Positions 27,085-36,271 of a stretch of DNA of 64,000 bases are shown here, in pieces; the stretch's first letter is position 1; the number at the start of each line of letters is the position of its first letter. The stretch lies in the NCBI GenBank assembly GCA_031426185.1, contig JANPKV010000389.1, positions 29,393 to 93,392 on the forward strand, read 5' to 3'. The notes under the pieces were generated by a model. The model saw only the letters and a program-made list of their open reading frames with translations, did no database searches and was not told the origin of the DNA. This DNA comes from Rhodobacterales bacterium. GTDB lineage: Bacteria; Pseudomonadota; Alphaproteobacteria; Rhodobacterales; Rhodobacteraceae. The translations under genes were made by a program, and so were the position numbers.

Positions 27085-27411
27085 GGGGCGGTTGGAGGTT
27101 GTGGGTCAGAACGTAAGGCGTTGGGGCGTTTACGATGGATGAACGAGACGAGGCGGACACGGAAAGCCAAATTCGCAGGGATAATGCACAGGGTTCTTGC
27201 ACGAATGAGGAGCAAGAAAGACCGCACAACTTTCCGAGAAGCGATGATTCCCCGGGTAGTCACCGCGCCATTTTTAAAATTCACGGCTGAGCCGGTTTCA
27301 GGTGCAGCTTTGTTCTGTCGTCGAGTTCGTCTCAAGAAGAGGTGCCTCCGTTAGAGTTCCGATGTGTTTCTTTAAAGACGGGCAGGCATTCCCCGTTCAA
27401 TTTAGGAGACA
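27085..27411. other. Lower-GC non-coding spacer preceding the effector islet
   Basis: Visibly AT-richer than flanking genes. Only short, compositionally implausible ORFs on either strand. Confidence 0.5.
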
Positions 27412-27537
27412 ATGGCGCAGCAAAATCTGCTGGTCGATAGGGCCAGAAAGTTTGCCAGTTCATTCGGAAAACTTTATCATGCCGGCTACCTGTTGCGAAT
27501 TGTTGGCGGTCTAAGCTTCGGGAGATCGATATCATGA
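27412..27537 (+). CDS. Candidate 41-codon micro-ORF translationally coupled to the Tlde1-like gene
   Basis: AGGAG lies 5 nt upstream of the ATG. Product is MAQQNLLVDRARKFASSFGKLYHAGYLLRIVGGLSFGRSIS. Its TGA overlaps the next ATG (ATGA at 27534-27537). It is below the 60-aa track cutoff and has rare-codon usage, so it is uncertain. Confidence 0.25.
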   Translation: MAQQNLLVDRARKFASSFGKLYHAGYLLRIVGGLSFGRSIS

Positions 27538-28019
27538 AGTCTACGGCACCCGATCTTTTCTACAACATCGTCGAAGAGCGTTTGTTCGGTAGCCTCGATT
27601 CGAAAAACTTCGATGCCCATGCCGTCTCAGGCGGGCGCGCCGGATCTAAGACACCCGGTGCCGTGAACCAGGTCTTGGCCAACAATCCTTTTCTGACTGA
27701 CGTGAAACTCGGCGCCGGTCACCCAGGTGGCCCGCTGCCTATGGCGCTGTACACGCTCAGTTGTCATGAGACGCGGCCAAACTGGATACGGCTCAATCCC
27801 GACGACCCTCTGGATCTGGGCGATCGGGCGGGATTCGCCATCCACGGGAGAGGCCAGCGTGGCAGTGATGGCTGTATCGTGCCGTTTGATTTCAACGTTG
27901 TTCTGCGCCTGTACACTTTGACCAGAGCGCGCGCGGTGGCGGGGCGCGCGGCGCCGTCGCTTCAGGTTTTCGCGACGGGGGATCTTGGGCGGTTCGAGAA
28001 GATGGCAAGGCTTGCCTGA
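27534..28019 (+). CDS. DUF2778/Tlde1-like L,D-transpeptidase-fold protein (candidate T6SS peptidoglycan-targeting effector)
   Basis: 161 aa with no signal peptide. GPLPMALYTL...WIRLNP...GFAIHGRGQRGSDGCIVP places His and Cys 10 residues apart, as in the Tlde1 catalytic pair as I recall it. Third-position GC is lower than in the core genes. Confidence 0.7.
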   Translation: MKSTAPDLFYNIVEERLFGSLDSKNFDAHAVSGGRAGSKTPGAVNQVLANNPFLTDVKLGAGHPGGPLPMALYTLSCHETRPNWIRLNPDDPLDLGDRAGFAIHGRGQRGSDGCIVPFDFNVVLRLYTLTRARAVAGRAAPSLQVFATGDLGRFEKMARLA

Positions 28020-28225
28020 TCCTACACAGCGTCCCGCCGGGCCCCGTCAGAAGAAAGTCGCTTGAGCCGGGTCGGGTTGCTTTCGGGAACAACGATACCA
28101 CCACCAAGCGCCTGCGCACCGGCGTGTCGAAGAAATCCGACCTTGGTGGCGTGCTGCAGACCAACACTTTGGGCGACGAAATCTGTTCCCATTCCTCACG
28201 CGACACCGACGCGGTTTACGAGAGA

Positions 28226-28867
28226 CTACCGACCATTGGGTTCGCCAAGACCGAGGCCGCTCGTCACGAATTCCGTCATCTCTCGCACGACAAAGTCGAT
28301 ATCAAGATCGTCGGTTGATTTAAGGTCCAGCATGAACTGGACTTCGCTTTGCCGCAGCGCGTAATGTTCGGTTATCGCCCAGATGTGAAATTGCAAAAGC
28401 ACGGGGTCGACGCGACGGATCAAACCCGCATCCGCCCAGCCGTTGATCATCGCGGCGGCCTTTTGCATCGTCGTGCGCGACCGTGTGAAGCGGTCGAGGA
28501 GCATTGGCGCCCCTCGCATTACCTCTTTCGCAAACAGCTTTACCACATCGGGATTCTGCAGACAGAACCGGACTTTTCGTTCGATGTAGGAGGCAATGAA
28601 GGTCCTTGGATCTTCCGTTTCAGAGATCCCGTCAAAGAGGTCTACCCATGCTCCCGTGACGTGCTCCAGTGCATCCTCGTAAAGCTCTTCCTTGCTGGAA
28701 ATATAATAGTGCAGGCGCGTCTTTGTAATTCCGGCCCTATCTGCGATTCTCTGGGTTGATGCCCCCATCAAGCCATTCTCTGCAAATTCACTGATGGCGG
28801 CTGAACGGATCAGTCCACGAACCTCTTCGCGCCGTTCCACAAGGTCAGGTCTTTGCTTCGACATCAA
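28226..28867 (-). CDS. TetR/AcrR-family transcriptional regulator
   Basis: 213 aa. N-terminal HTH AAISEFAENGLMGASTQRIADRAGITKTRLHYYISSKEELY. Confidence 0.9.
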   Translation of the reverse strand: MMSKQRPDLVERREEVRGLIRSAAISEFAENGLMGASTQRIADRAGITKTRLHYYISSKEELYEDALEHVTGAWVDLFDGISETEDPRTFIASYIERKVRFCLQNPDVVKLFAKEVMRGAPMLLDRFTRSRTTMQKAAAMINGWADAGLIRRVDPVLLQFHIWAITEHYALRQSEVQFMLDLKSTDDLDIDFVVREMTEFVTSGLGLGEPNGR

Positions 28868-29036
28868 ATTACACCATCGCGCTCTTCATCATCCCTGCAG
28901 GACAGGTTCCCTGGTTGCCCGCTCTTACAGGCTCGCGATTTCAACTTCCAGCCCTCGACGGCTCTGGCCAGACCAGCCAGAGGATTTGCGCAAGCCCCGG
29001 ACCGCCCTGTGAGGGGCGCCTGCGGGTCGATCTGGC

Positions 29037-30137
29037 TCACCCGAGGCTCAGCCCGGTTTCTGCTGCGAACAGATGCGCATGATCAAGGGACAGGCATGCC
29101 AGCACTTCGTCACCAACAGCAAGGCTGGCGCGTCCGCGTAAAGTCACGGCCAGGTCCCCGAAAGCGGTGGAGAGGGTGAGATGTGTATCGATGCCGGTCG
29201 ATTCGACCAATGCCACGACACCTTGAAGGCTGCCTTGTTCGGGTGAGCCTTCGGTCAGGCTTTGGACGAAGATGTGCTCGGGTCTGATGCCGATGAGACA
29301 TTCCGCGGAACCGTCAGCCAGTGCAGCAGCTTTCGGTAAGGTGCCTAGCATGATCAGGTCTCCCGCATTGCCTTCCAGCACGTGCTGGCCCGGGATCGCT
29401 CGTATCTTCCCTTTGATCAAATTCATCGGTGGTGCACCGATGAAGGTCGCCACGAACGCATTTGCCGGATGGTCGTAAAGCTGGTGCGGAGAGCCGATCT
29501 GCTCGATCCGGCCGCCCCGCATCACGACAACCACATCGGCCATTGTCATCGCCTCGACCTGATCATGGGTGACAAAGATCACCGTGGCACGGAGCGTCCG
29601 GTGCAGGCGCTTGATCTCGGCGCGCATCTGTATGCGGAGTTGCGCGTCAAGGTTCGACAAAGGCTCGTCGAACAGAAAGACATCCGGGTTACGCACGATG
29701 GCCCTGCCCATCGCCACACGCAGGCGCTGGCCACCCGACAACTGTCGGGGATAGCGGTCCAACATGTCATTCAGGCCCAAGATGCGGGCAGCCTCGGCGA
29801 TCTTGCCTTGCGCATCCGACGGGGACATCCTGGCCATCCGCAATGAAAAGCCAAGATTCTCGCGCACAGTCATGTGCGGATAGAGCGCGTAGTTCTGGAA
29901 GACCATGGCGACGCCGCGGTTTTTCGGGGCTGTGTCGTTGATAACCCTGTCGCCAATCCGGATCTCGCCAAAATCGATGTGTTCCAGCCCCGCGATCATG
30001 CGCAAAAGTGTCGACTTTCCACAGCCGGACGGCCCGATCAGCGCAACAAAAGCCCCGTCCGGAACCGAAAGGTTGACATCGCGCAAGGCCGCCGCCGCGC
30101 CATAGTCTTTGCCGACTCCAATGAACTCGACCTTCAC
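29037..30137 (-). CDS. Sugar-type ABC transporter ATP-binding protein (MalK/UgpC-like)
   Basis: GTG at 30137 overlaps the upstream stop (GTGA). Walker A GPSGCGKST, signature LSGGQRLRV, Walker B FLFDEP, and a MalK-like C-terminal regulatory domain. Confidence 0.9.
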   Translation of the reverse strand: MKVEFIGVGKDYGAAAALRDVNLSVPDGAFVALIGPSGCGKSTLLRMIAGLEHIDFGEIRIGDRVINDTAPKNRGVAMVFQNYALYPHMTVRENLGFSLRMARMSPSDAQGKIAEAARILGLNDMLDRYPRQLSGGQRLRVAMGRAIVRNPDVFLFDEPLSNLDAQLRIQMRAEIKRLHRTLRATVIFVTHDQVEAMTMADVVVVMRGGRIEQIGSPHQLYDHPANAFVATFIGAPPMNLIKGKIRAIPGQHVLEGNAGDLIMLGTLPKAAALADGSAECLIGIRPEHIFVQSLTEGSPEQGSLQGVVALVESTGIDTHLTLSTAFGDLAVTLRGRASLAVGDEVLACLSLDHAHLFAAETGLSLG

Positions 30138-31087
30138 GACCTGATGCCTCCGTGCCCAACCGAAACCACGGGCTGAGCCACGGCCTGCCATAGCCCGGTG
30201 TCAAGAGAATCAAGCGCTGCCGTGCCCGACGGGACAATGCCCGCGCGCGTATAGGCCGCGACATTCGACGCCCAGCGTACTGGATCAATGACGCCAAGCC
30301 CGCGCATCTGATCCGGTGCCTCGCCCAGCACCAGTCCGGCGACACAAGCCAGCGCCTCTTGTTCGCGTCTGGCATCCGCCATCGGGATACCGGTCGCATG
30401 AATGGCCTTTGCTGCACCCTGCGGGTCATTCACCGCAGAGCGCCACCCCCGAAAAGTCGCGTCGAGCATGTTCCGGTACAGCTTTGGTGCCGTGGCAACC
30501 GCAGCGTCCGAGGCAAAGATCACCTGCGCATAGGGATGGATCGCCGGACCCCGCAGCGTCAGCGTGTTGACCGCGACACCCCTGATGGCAAGTTCCAGCG
30601 GTTCCGAGACAGCATAGCCCTGAACCGCGTCCCAGCGACCGGAGGTCAGATTGCCAAGATCATGGGTGACCTCGCCAATCTCAAGTTCGCTGCGGGCAAT
30701 CCCGGCATCGTCCAGCAACGCCTCGAGAATGCGGATGCCGTCGCAATGCATCGCAACCCGTTTGCCGCGAAGGTCGACAAGTGCGTTGATCCGGGTTTCA
30801 GGCAACGACATGACGACCAAAGGCGTGGTCAGGAACATCGCGGCAAGGCCGCGCACGGCGATTCCGTCCTGCGCGCGGGCCTTGATCACCAGATTGTCTT
30901 CGGACGACCCTGCCGCAGCCACGTCGCGCGACAGCGTCTTTTCGACGATCGTGCGGCCATCCTCGACCCATGGCACTAGCCGCAGATCGATGCCGACATC
31001 ACGGTAAAGCCCGTTGGCCAGTGCCCAGCAGGGGCCCGCGAACTGCACATTTGGCACCCAGTCCAGCACAAGATCAAAGGGTTGCAT
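30134..31087 (-). CDS. NMT1/THI5-like (NitT/TauT-type binding-protein fold) protein without a signal peptide
   Basis: 317 aa. LVLDWVPNVQFAGPCWALANGLYRDVGIDLRLVP and DLRGKRVAMH fit the NMT1/THI5 pattern. The N-terminus is not hydrophobic. Confidence 0.7.
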   Translation of the reverse strand: MQPFDLVLDWVPNVQFAGPCWALANGLYRDVGIDLRLVPWVEDGRTIVEKTLSRDVAAAGSSEDNLVIKARAQDGIAVRGLAAMFLTTPLVVMSLPETRINALVDLRGKRVAMHCDGIRILEALLDDAGIARSELEIGEVTHDLGNLTSGRWDAVQGYAVSEPLELAIRGVAVNTLTLRGPAIHPYAQVIFASDAAVATAPKLYRNMLDATFRGWRSAVNDPQGAAKAIHATGIPMADARREQEALACVAGLVLGEAPDQMRGLGVIDPVRWASNVAAYTRAGIVPSGTAALDSLDTGLWQAVAQPVVSVGHGGIRS

Positions 31088-31111
31088 GGGACACTCTGCC
31101 TGGGGTCGGGG

Positions 31112-31918
31112 TCATGCGAAGTGATCCGGATCGACCGAGTCGATATAAGTGACCGGAATGTTCGGGAACCGCTGCTTCATCCAGTCGCAGCAAGCCTCCA
31201 TGCCGGGCGTCTCTGTCGAACAGTGGCCGCCCGTGATCAGCGCAAGCCCGCTGTCGCGTGCATATTCCACATCGCGCCATTCAAGGCATTCGCCGGTCAG
31301 CGCGGCCTGACAACCGTGACGTTGCGCGCGGCTGACGATGTCGATGGCGCCGGGGCTGCCCCAGTCCAGCGAAATCTTCTGCACTTCCAGATCCGGGTCG
31401 CCGATGAAGCGGATCCCGCTCTTGCCCAGCTTGGCCGCAATCTCTGCCGCCAGCACCTTCAGCGGTTTGGGATCGGTGCCATAAATATAGTCCGGTGCAA
31501 GCTTGCGGTCTTCCCAACCCAGCCTGCGGGCCAGGGCATGGCCCATGCCGTAATGCGGAAACTGGTCCCAGCCATCGTGCAGGCGATAGGCCACAAGTCC
31601 GTGGTCGTCGATCAGCTTTTGCTTCACGCGGGCAGCGGGGGTCGCCATCTTTTCGGCGAGGTCAAGCGCGGGGTAGTGGCGGTCGTCCCCATAGGGATAG
31701 AAGTACGGGTGAAAGTAGAACACCGGTTCATGCGCCACGATGAAGTTCAGGCCGGCTTCGGCGGCTTTCTTCAGGACGTGAAGGTTCGGGAGCCAGGTGA
31801 CCGCAATTCCTGTGATCTCGGTCTCGGGGTCACCGGCCATGATGCCGTCCACTTCGTCTTGTGGCGTGTGGGGTGGGGCCTCGCGGGCAATCCATTCGTG
31901 GAATTCCGATGCGCGCAT
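31112..31918 (-). CDS. NIF3-family (YbgI-like) dinuclear-metal protein
   Basis: 268 aa. ITGIAVT...AGLNFIVAHEP and a C-terminal ITGGHCSTETPGMEA...PVTYIDSVDP parallel E. coli YbgI blocks as I recall them. Confidence 0.8.
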   Translation of the reverse strand: MRASEFHEWIAREAPPHTPQDEVDGIMAGDPETEITGIAVTWLPNLHVLKKAAEAGLNFIVAHEPVFYFHPYFYPYGDDRHYPALDLAEKMATPAARVKQKLIDDHGLVAYRLHDGWDQFPHYGMGHALARRLGWEDRKLAPDYIYGTDPKPLKVLAAEIAAKLGKSGIRFIGDPDLEVQKISLDWGSPGAIDIVSRAQRHGCQAALTGECLEWRDVEYARDSGLALITGGHCSTETPGMEACCDWMKQRFPNIPVTYIDSVDPDHFA

Positions 31919-31939
31919 TTCAATCTCCGGATTGGGGTT

Positions 31940-32833
31940 TCAGTCATAGCCGCCTGCGGCGAAGCCCTTGACGAGGTACTTCTGCAAGAAAAGGAAGATC
32001 AGCAGGACCGGCAACGTCGTCACGGTGCTGGCCGCCATCAATAGCCCGAATTTGATGTTCTGGCCGCCTCCTGAAAGGGTCTCCAGGGTCACGGTCACAG
32101 TGCGCAGATGGTCCGCGCTGACGAGGATCGTGGGGTAAAGGTACTCGCTCCAGCACAGGATGAAGACGAAGATCGCCGTTGATGCCATGCTGGGCAGGGC
32201 TTGCGGCAGCGCGACAAAGACAAAGGCCTGAAAGCGCGATGCGCCGTCCACGATCGCGGCTTCTTCCATGGATTTCGGAATGGCCTCGAAACTGGCCCGC
32301 ATCATCCAGATACCCAGAGGCAGGGTAAAGCTCATGTAACTCAGGATCAGCCCGGCCCGGGTGTTGATCAGCCCGGCCTGCTGAAGCCCGAGATAGAACG
32401 GAATGATCAGGACAATCGACGGCACCATGTAGGCAAAGAGGCTCAGCTTTGCGATCCATTCGCCTGTGCGGGTGACAAACCGCGTCATCGCGTAACCGGC
32501 AAGTGCGGCGATGCTGACCGTCAAAAGCGTCGTGATCACCGAGACAAGCAGGGTGTTCGCGGCGTGACCGATGATGTTGGTCTGCGCGAACAACGCCGTG
32601 TAGTTCTCGAATGAGATCGCGCGCGGAACCAACGTCCGGTCGATTGCGATCTCGCGATAGGTCTTCAGCGATGTCGTCATCATCCAGTAGAACGGGAATC
32701 CTACAAGAACGACCAGCGCAGTCGCAGCGCCATATACCCCGATCTCGGACAGCCTGCCTTTGCGCACCGGATTGCGGCGATGCCCGGTACTTTGCGCATC
32801 AAGCGGCGCTGCGGGTGGCACCAGCACGTTCAT
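31940..32833 (-). CDS. Carbohydrate ABC transporter permease (MalG-like)
   Basis: ATG at 32833 overlaps the upstream stop (ATGA). Product begins MNVLVPP... and has multiple TM segments. The 93 N-terminal residues of the track ORF are an out-of-frame overlap artefact. Confidence 0.88.
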   Translation of the reverse strand: MNVLVPPAAPLDAQSTGHRRNPVRKGRLSEIGVYGAATALVVLVGFPFYWMMTTSLKTYREIAIDRTLVPRAISFENYTALFAQTNIIGHAANTLLVSVITTLLTVSIAALAGYAMTRFVTRTGEWIAKLSLFAYMVPSIVLIIPFYLGLQQAGLINTRAGLILSYMSFTLPLGIWMMRASFEAIPKSMEEAAIVDGASRFQAFVFVALPQALPSMASTAIFVFILCWSEYLYPTILVSADHLRTVTVTLETLSGGGQNIKFGLLMAASTVTTLPVLLIFLFLQKYLVKGFAAGGYD

Positions 32834-33813
32834 GACCCGTGCGCCGCGCGGCGCAGGCGTGCCCCGACCCGGAAGTATATCAGGGCCAAAAGGGTCACGA
32901 ACACCATCAGGAAGACCGCAACGGCCGAGGCATGCCCCATGCGGAACGAGCCGAAAGCCTCGCGATAGGCCAGGATCGGCAGGACCTCTGTCGCCCCGAC
33001 CGGGCCGCCGCCCGTCATGAGCCAGATCACTTCGAAATTGCGAAACGCCCAGATGGCGCGGATCAGAATGATGATCAGAAAGGCCGGTGCCAAAAGCGGC
33101 AGGGTCAGGCACCAGAAGCGGGCAAAAGGCCCTGCGCCATCAAGGGTCGCAGCCTCGTAGATGCTGTCGGGCAGGTTTTGCAGCGCCGCCAGAAGGGTAA
33201 TCGCCACGAAGGGAAACCATGCCCAGGCAGACACGAGGATCACGACAAACATGGCGGTGCTGTCGTCGCCAAGCCATGAGGCAGACGGTCCGGTCGCCCC
33301 CAGCTGGCGCATGACATCGTTCAATACGCCGCGACTGGAGAAGATGAACTTCCAGATAAAGACCACGATGATGGTCGGCACGATGTAGGGAAAGATCACG
33401 AGCGCCCGGAGAACGCTTCGGCCACGAAATTCCCGGTCCAGGAGCAATGCGACCGCAAGGCCGACAATCCCCGAAACGACGGTGGTGCCGAATGTGTAAA
33501 CCAGCCCGTTCCAGAACGCCCGCCAGAAATCGGCGTCAGCCATAAGCTCGGTAAAGTTGCCGAAACCGGCAAAGGACCAGTTCCGCCGCAAGGTGGATTG
33601 TTCAAAGAATGACAGCCCGAAGGTGTAGGCGACGGGCAGAAACACGAGAACGGCCACCAGAAGGGCAGCCGGAACGAGTGCGGCAATGACGAACGACAGA
33701 TCACCCTGGTGCCAGCGCGCCTTGTGACGCACGGGCGTGGTCGTGGACAATCGCGCGAGCCCTTGCGTGCCCGCCACCCTGGTCTTGCCCACCTGATCGG
33801 ACTCGAGCGACAT
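32830..33813 (-). CDS. Carbohydrate ABC transporter permease (MalF-like)
   Basis: 327 aa, six predicted TM segments, EAA-type loop (EAATLDGAGPFARFWCLTLPLL). Confidence 0.9.
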   Translation of the reverse strand: MSLESDQVGKTRVAGTQGLARLSTTTPVRHKARWHQGDLSFVIAALVPAALLVAVLVFLPVAYTFGLSFFEQSTLRRNWSFAGFGNFTELMADADFWRAFWNGLVYTFGTTVVSGIVGLAVALLLDREFRGRSVLRALVIFPYIVPTIIVVFIWKFIFSSRGVLNDVMRQLGATGPSASWLGDDSTAMFVVILVSAWAWFPFVAITLLAALQNLPDSIYEAATLDGAGPFARFWCLTLPLLAPAFLIIILIRAIWAFRNFEVIWLMTGGGPVGATEVLPILAYREAFGSFRMGHASAVAVFLMVFVTLLALIYFRVGARLRRAAHGS

Positions 33814-33887
33814 TCATAGCCTTCAGAGCAAACCAAAAACAGCTGTCGGGGCGCAACGACGCGCCCCGACAGTTCGCACGGGTTCGA

Positions 33888-35177
33888 CTATTTGGCGTCG
33901 ACCTCAGCCTGCAGCTTGATGATTTCTGCCTTTGCCCAGGCAGTTGCGGCTTCGGGCGTTTCGCCGTTCAGAAGCACACGCTGGATCATCTGCGGCAAGA
34001 TATTCGAGGCGTTCAGCGCACCCGAATAATAGTTCGGCGGATGGTTCGGCGATTCCCAACCCAGCGAGCGGCCATAAGACACGGCGTCGAACACCGTCTG
34101 CATGTCTTCCGGCTTCATCATCTTGATCAGGGGGTCATCCATGTAGAGTGGGCTTGTCCGGTAAGACACCAGCGGCGGCGTCAGATGCACCGGGACGGTG
34201 CGCAGGAACGGCAACAGGTTTTCCGGCAGCATCAGATATTCGAGGAACGCCTTGGACAAGTCCAATTCAGGCGAATTGGCCATGATTGCGTGCGACTTTC
34301 GGCTCAAGGGGCCGGCCCGCATCACACCCATCGGTTGGTCGAGCACCCGGGTGACCGGGACAAGCTCGGGATTGTCGCGCGCCGTATGCACCAGAAGACG
34401 TCCGCCATACATCGAGATTGCCACGCGCTCGGCAACGAAGGCATCGATGCTGTCCCACCACTCCCAAGTGGTGCTGTCGGGCGGCGAGTAGGCGTAAAGC
34501 TCTTTCAGGTAGTTCAGGGTGGCGATCGATTCCGGGCTGTCGACCAGTGGCTTCAGGTCGGTGTCAAAGACGAAGCCGCCGTTCTGCCAGAGGAAGACTT
34601 CATAGTGCCACGCGGTCCATTCGCCCGGGCCCGCAGCGATGGCAATGCCGTAGAAGTCATTGGCCGGATCGTTCAAGGCCTTGGCGGCTGCAAGAAATTC
34701 GGCCTGATTTTGCGGTGGTGCGATCCCCTTTTCGGCCAGAACGTCCTCGCGATACCACCACATCTCGGAGGTCAGAGCATAAGGGATGTCCCAGTAGACG
34801 TCCTTGTACGGGATCGAGGCCAACGGCACCACGTCATCGCCGTACTTGTCGAACCACCAGGTTGCTGGCTCCAGCAGACCCTGGTCGGCGTAGGTCAGCA
34901 GCCGTTCCAGTTGCATGCTGGCAATGTCCGGCGGGTTGCCTGCGCCCACGCGGACGGCCAGCGCTTCGTCCATGTTGCCCTGGAAATCAAGTTCGATGGT
35001 CACACCGGGGTTGGCAGCCTCAAAGGCATCGGCGGCAGCCTGATAAAAGGCCTGACTTTCTGGCGAGATCTCGTCGGTCATCACCTGAAGCGTTCGAGCC
35101 TCCTGAGCGGCGACCGGTAAAGCAAGCCCCAAGCTTAGTGCAAGCACTAGGGGCCTCGATAAGTGAACTTGTCTCAT
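33888..35177 (-). CDS. Extracellular solute-binding protein (family 1, sugar-type)
   Basis: ATG at 35177 (or 35183) follows GGGGAG. MRQVHLSRPLVLALSLGLALPVAAQEA is a signal peptide. Confidence 0.88.
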   Translation of the reverse strand: MRQVHLSRPLVLALSLGLALPVAAQEARTLQVMTDEISPESQAFYQAAADAFEAANPGVTIELDFQGNMDEALAVRVGAGNPPDIASMQLERLLTYADQGLLEPATWWFDKYGDDVVPLASIPYKDVYWDIPYALTSEMWWYREDVLAEKGIAPPQNQAEFLAAAKALNDPANDFYGIAIAAGPGEWTAWHYEVFLWQNGGFVFDTDLKPLVDSPESIATLNYLKELYAYSPPDSTTWEWWDSIDAFVAERVAISMYGGRLLVHTARDNPELVPVTRVLDQPMGVMRAGPLSRKSHAIMANSPELDLSKAFLEYLMLPENLLPFLRTVPVHLTPPLVSYRTSPLYMDDPLIKMMKPEDMQTVFDAVSYGRSLGWESPNHPPNYYSGALNASNILPQMIQRVLLNGETPEAATAWAKAEIIKLQAEVDAK

Positions 35178-35581
35178 TGTCATCTCCCCGTATTGTTCGG
35201 TTGACTGCAGGTACCGCTCGGTAGGATCTGGGTTTCGAGGTGTCTTAATGGCAAATTTGGCAGCCATTATTCCCTTGTTACTTGGCAAAGTGTTTCAAAT
35301 GCTGAGCATGAAGTCAAACCATTTGCTCTGTTTTTGGCGGGCAGGGCGGCAGGGCTGCCAGAACTGCAAGCATCTTCATCGGCGTTCACCCGCCTCGTTC
35401 ACTTTTTGAGCGCGTTGCGAAGGCAAAGGGCGACAAAATGATCTGGCCAAGTTGCGTAAAGCTGCCGCGCCCTGCCAGACATCACATTGCGATTGCCATT
35501 CGGTTCACCCGATTGCCGCCGTCAGACCCGGCGATCTTTTTGCGGGTGATATCGCAGCGCCACCGAGAGTCCCGGTGCCCT

Positions 35582-36199
35582 TCACAACGCCTTGAGGCGG
35601 CGTTCCACCTGCTTGAGAAAGCTGGCGCGATCAGCGTCCGAGGTGTGGTTCATGTTGTAGAGCTGTTGCCAGACCACCTTGCAACGGCGACTGAACAGCA
35701 AGCGCAGGCCGCGCGTCCACAGGCTTCGACCAGGATCGCGGATCAGCATGATCCACCACCACGGGCTGCCCGATGTGGTGATCCCCACGAAAAGTCGTAT
35801 CTGCGACATTTTTGGTTTCGGTCGACGGTGCTTGCCGTCTGACACCTCGAAGGTGACGCCCGGAAGCCAGACCCGTTCCAACCAGCCTTTCAGCATGGCC
35901 GGCGCGCCATAGTACCAGGTCGGATAGATCACTACCAAACCCTCGGCCCATTGGACATCGTCCACATGCTCGGGATTCCTGGCAATAATGGTATCGGTGC
36001 CGGTCAGATAGTTTTCCCATTCCTCGGTCGACAGGACAGGATCAAATCCTTCGCGATAGAGATCATGGCATCGCAGTTCGTGTCCCGACGCCCGCAAGGT
36101 GCGGCAGGCCAATTCATAAAGGGCAGCGCCATAGCTTTCCGTGCTGGGATGACAAAAGATAACCAGTATACGCACGCGCACCTCCTCATCCTGCGACAT
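35582..36199 (-). CDS. Flavodoxin-like-fold NAD(P)H dehydrogenase (quinone) family protein
   Basis: 205 aa. ILVIFCHPSTESYGAAL...VVIYPTWYYGAPAMLKGWLERV is typical of the Flavodoxin_2 (NQO/KefF-like) family. Confidence 0.8.
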   Translation of the reverse strand: MSQDEEVRVRILVIFCHPSTESYGAALYELACRTLRASGHELRCHDLYREGFDPVLSTEEWENYLTGTDTIIARNPEHVDDVQWAEGLVVIYPTWYYGAPAMLKGWLERVWLPGVTFEVSDGKHRRPKPKMSQIRLFVGITTSGSPWWWIMLIRDPGRSLWTRGLRLLFSRRCKVVWQQLYNMNHTSDADRASFLKQVERRLKAL

Positions 36200-36271
36200 G
36201 GCCCCGTTGCCACGACCTTTGCCGCGATTTCGGAGATCAGTGGCGTCATCACGACTGTCTCCGACGTTGGG

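Noticed and set aside
27892-28206. A 104-aa minus-strand ORF (and a 57-aa ORF ending at 28022) as the immunity gene for the Tlde1-like effector
   Set aside because: It has no signal peptide or lipobox. It overlaps the effector's 3' end antisense. Its product is Pro/Arg/Ser-rich and compositionally unlike real genes here.
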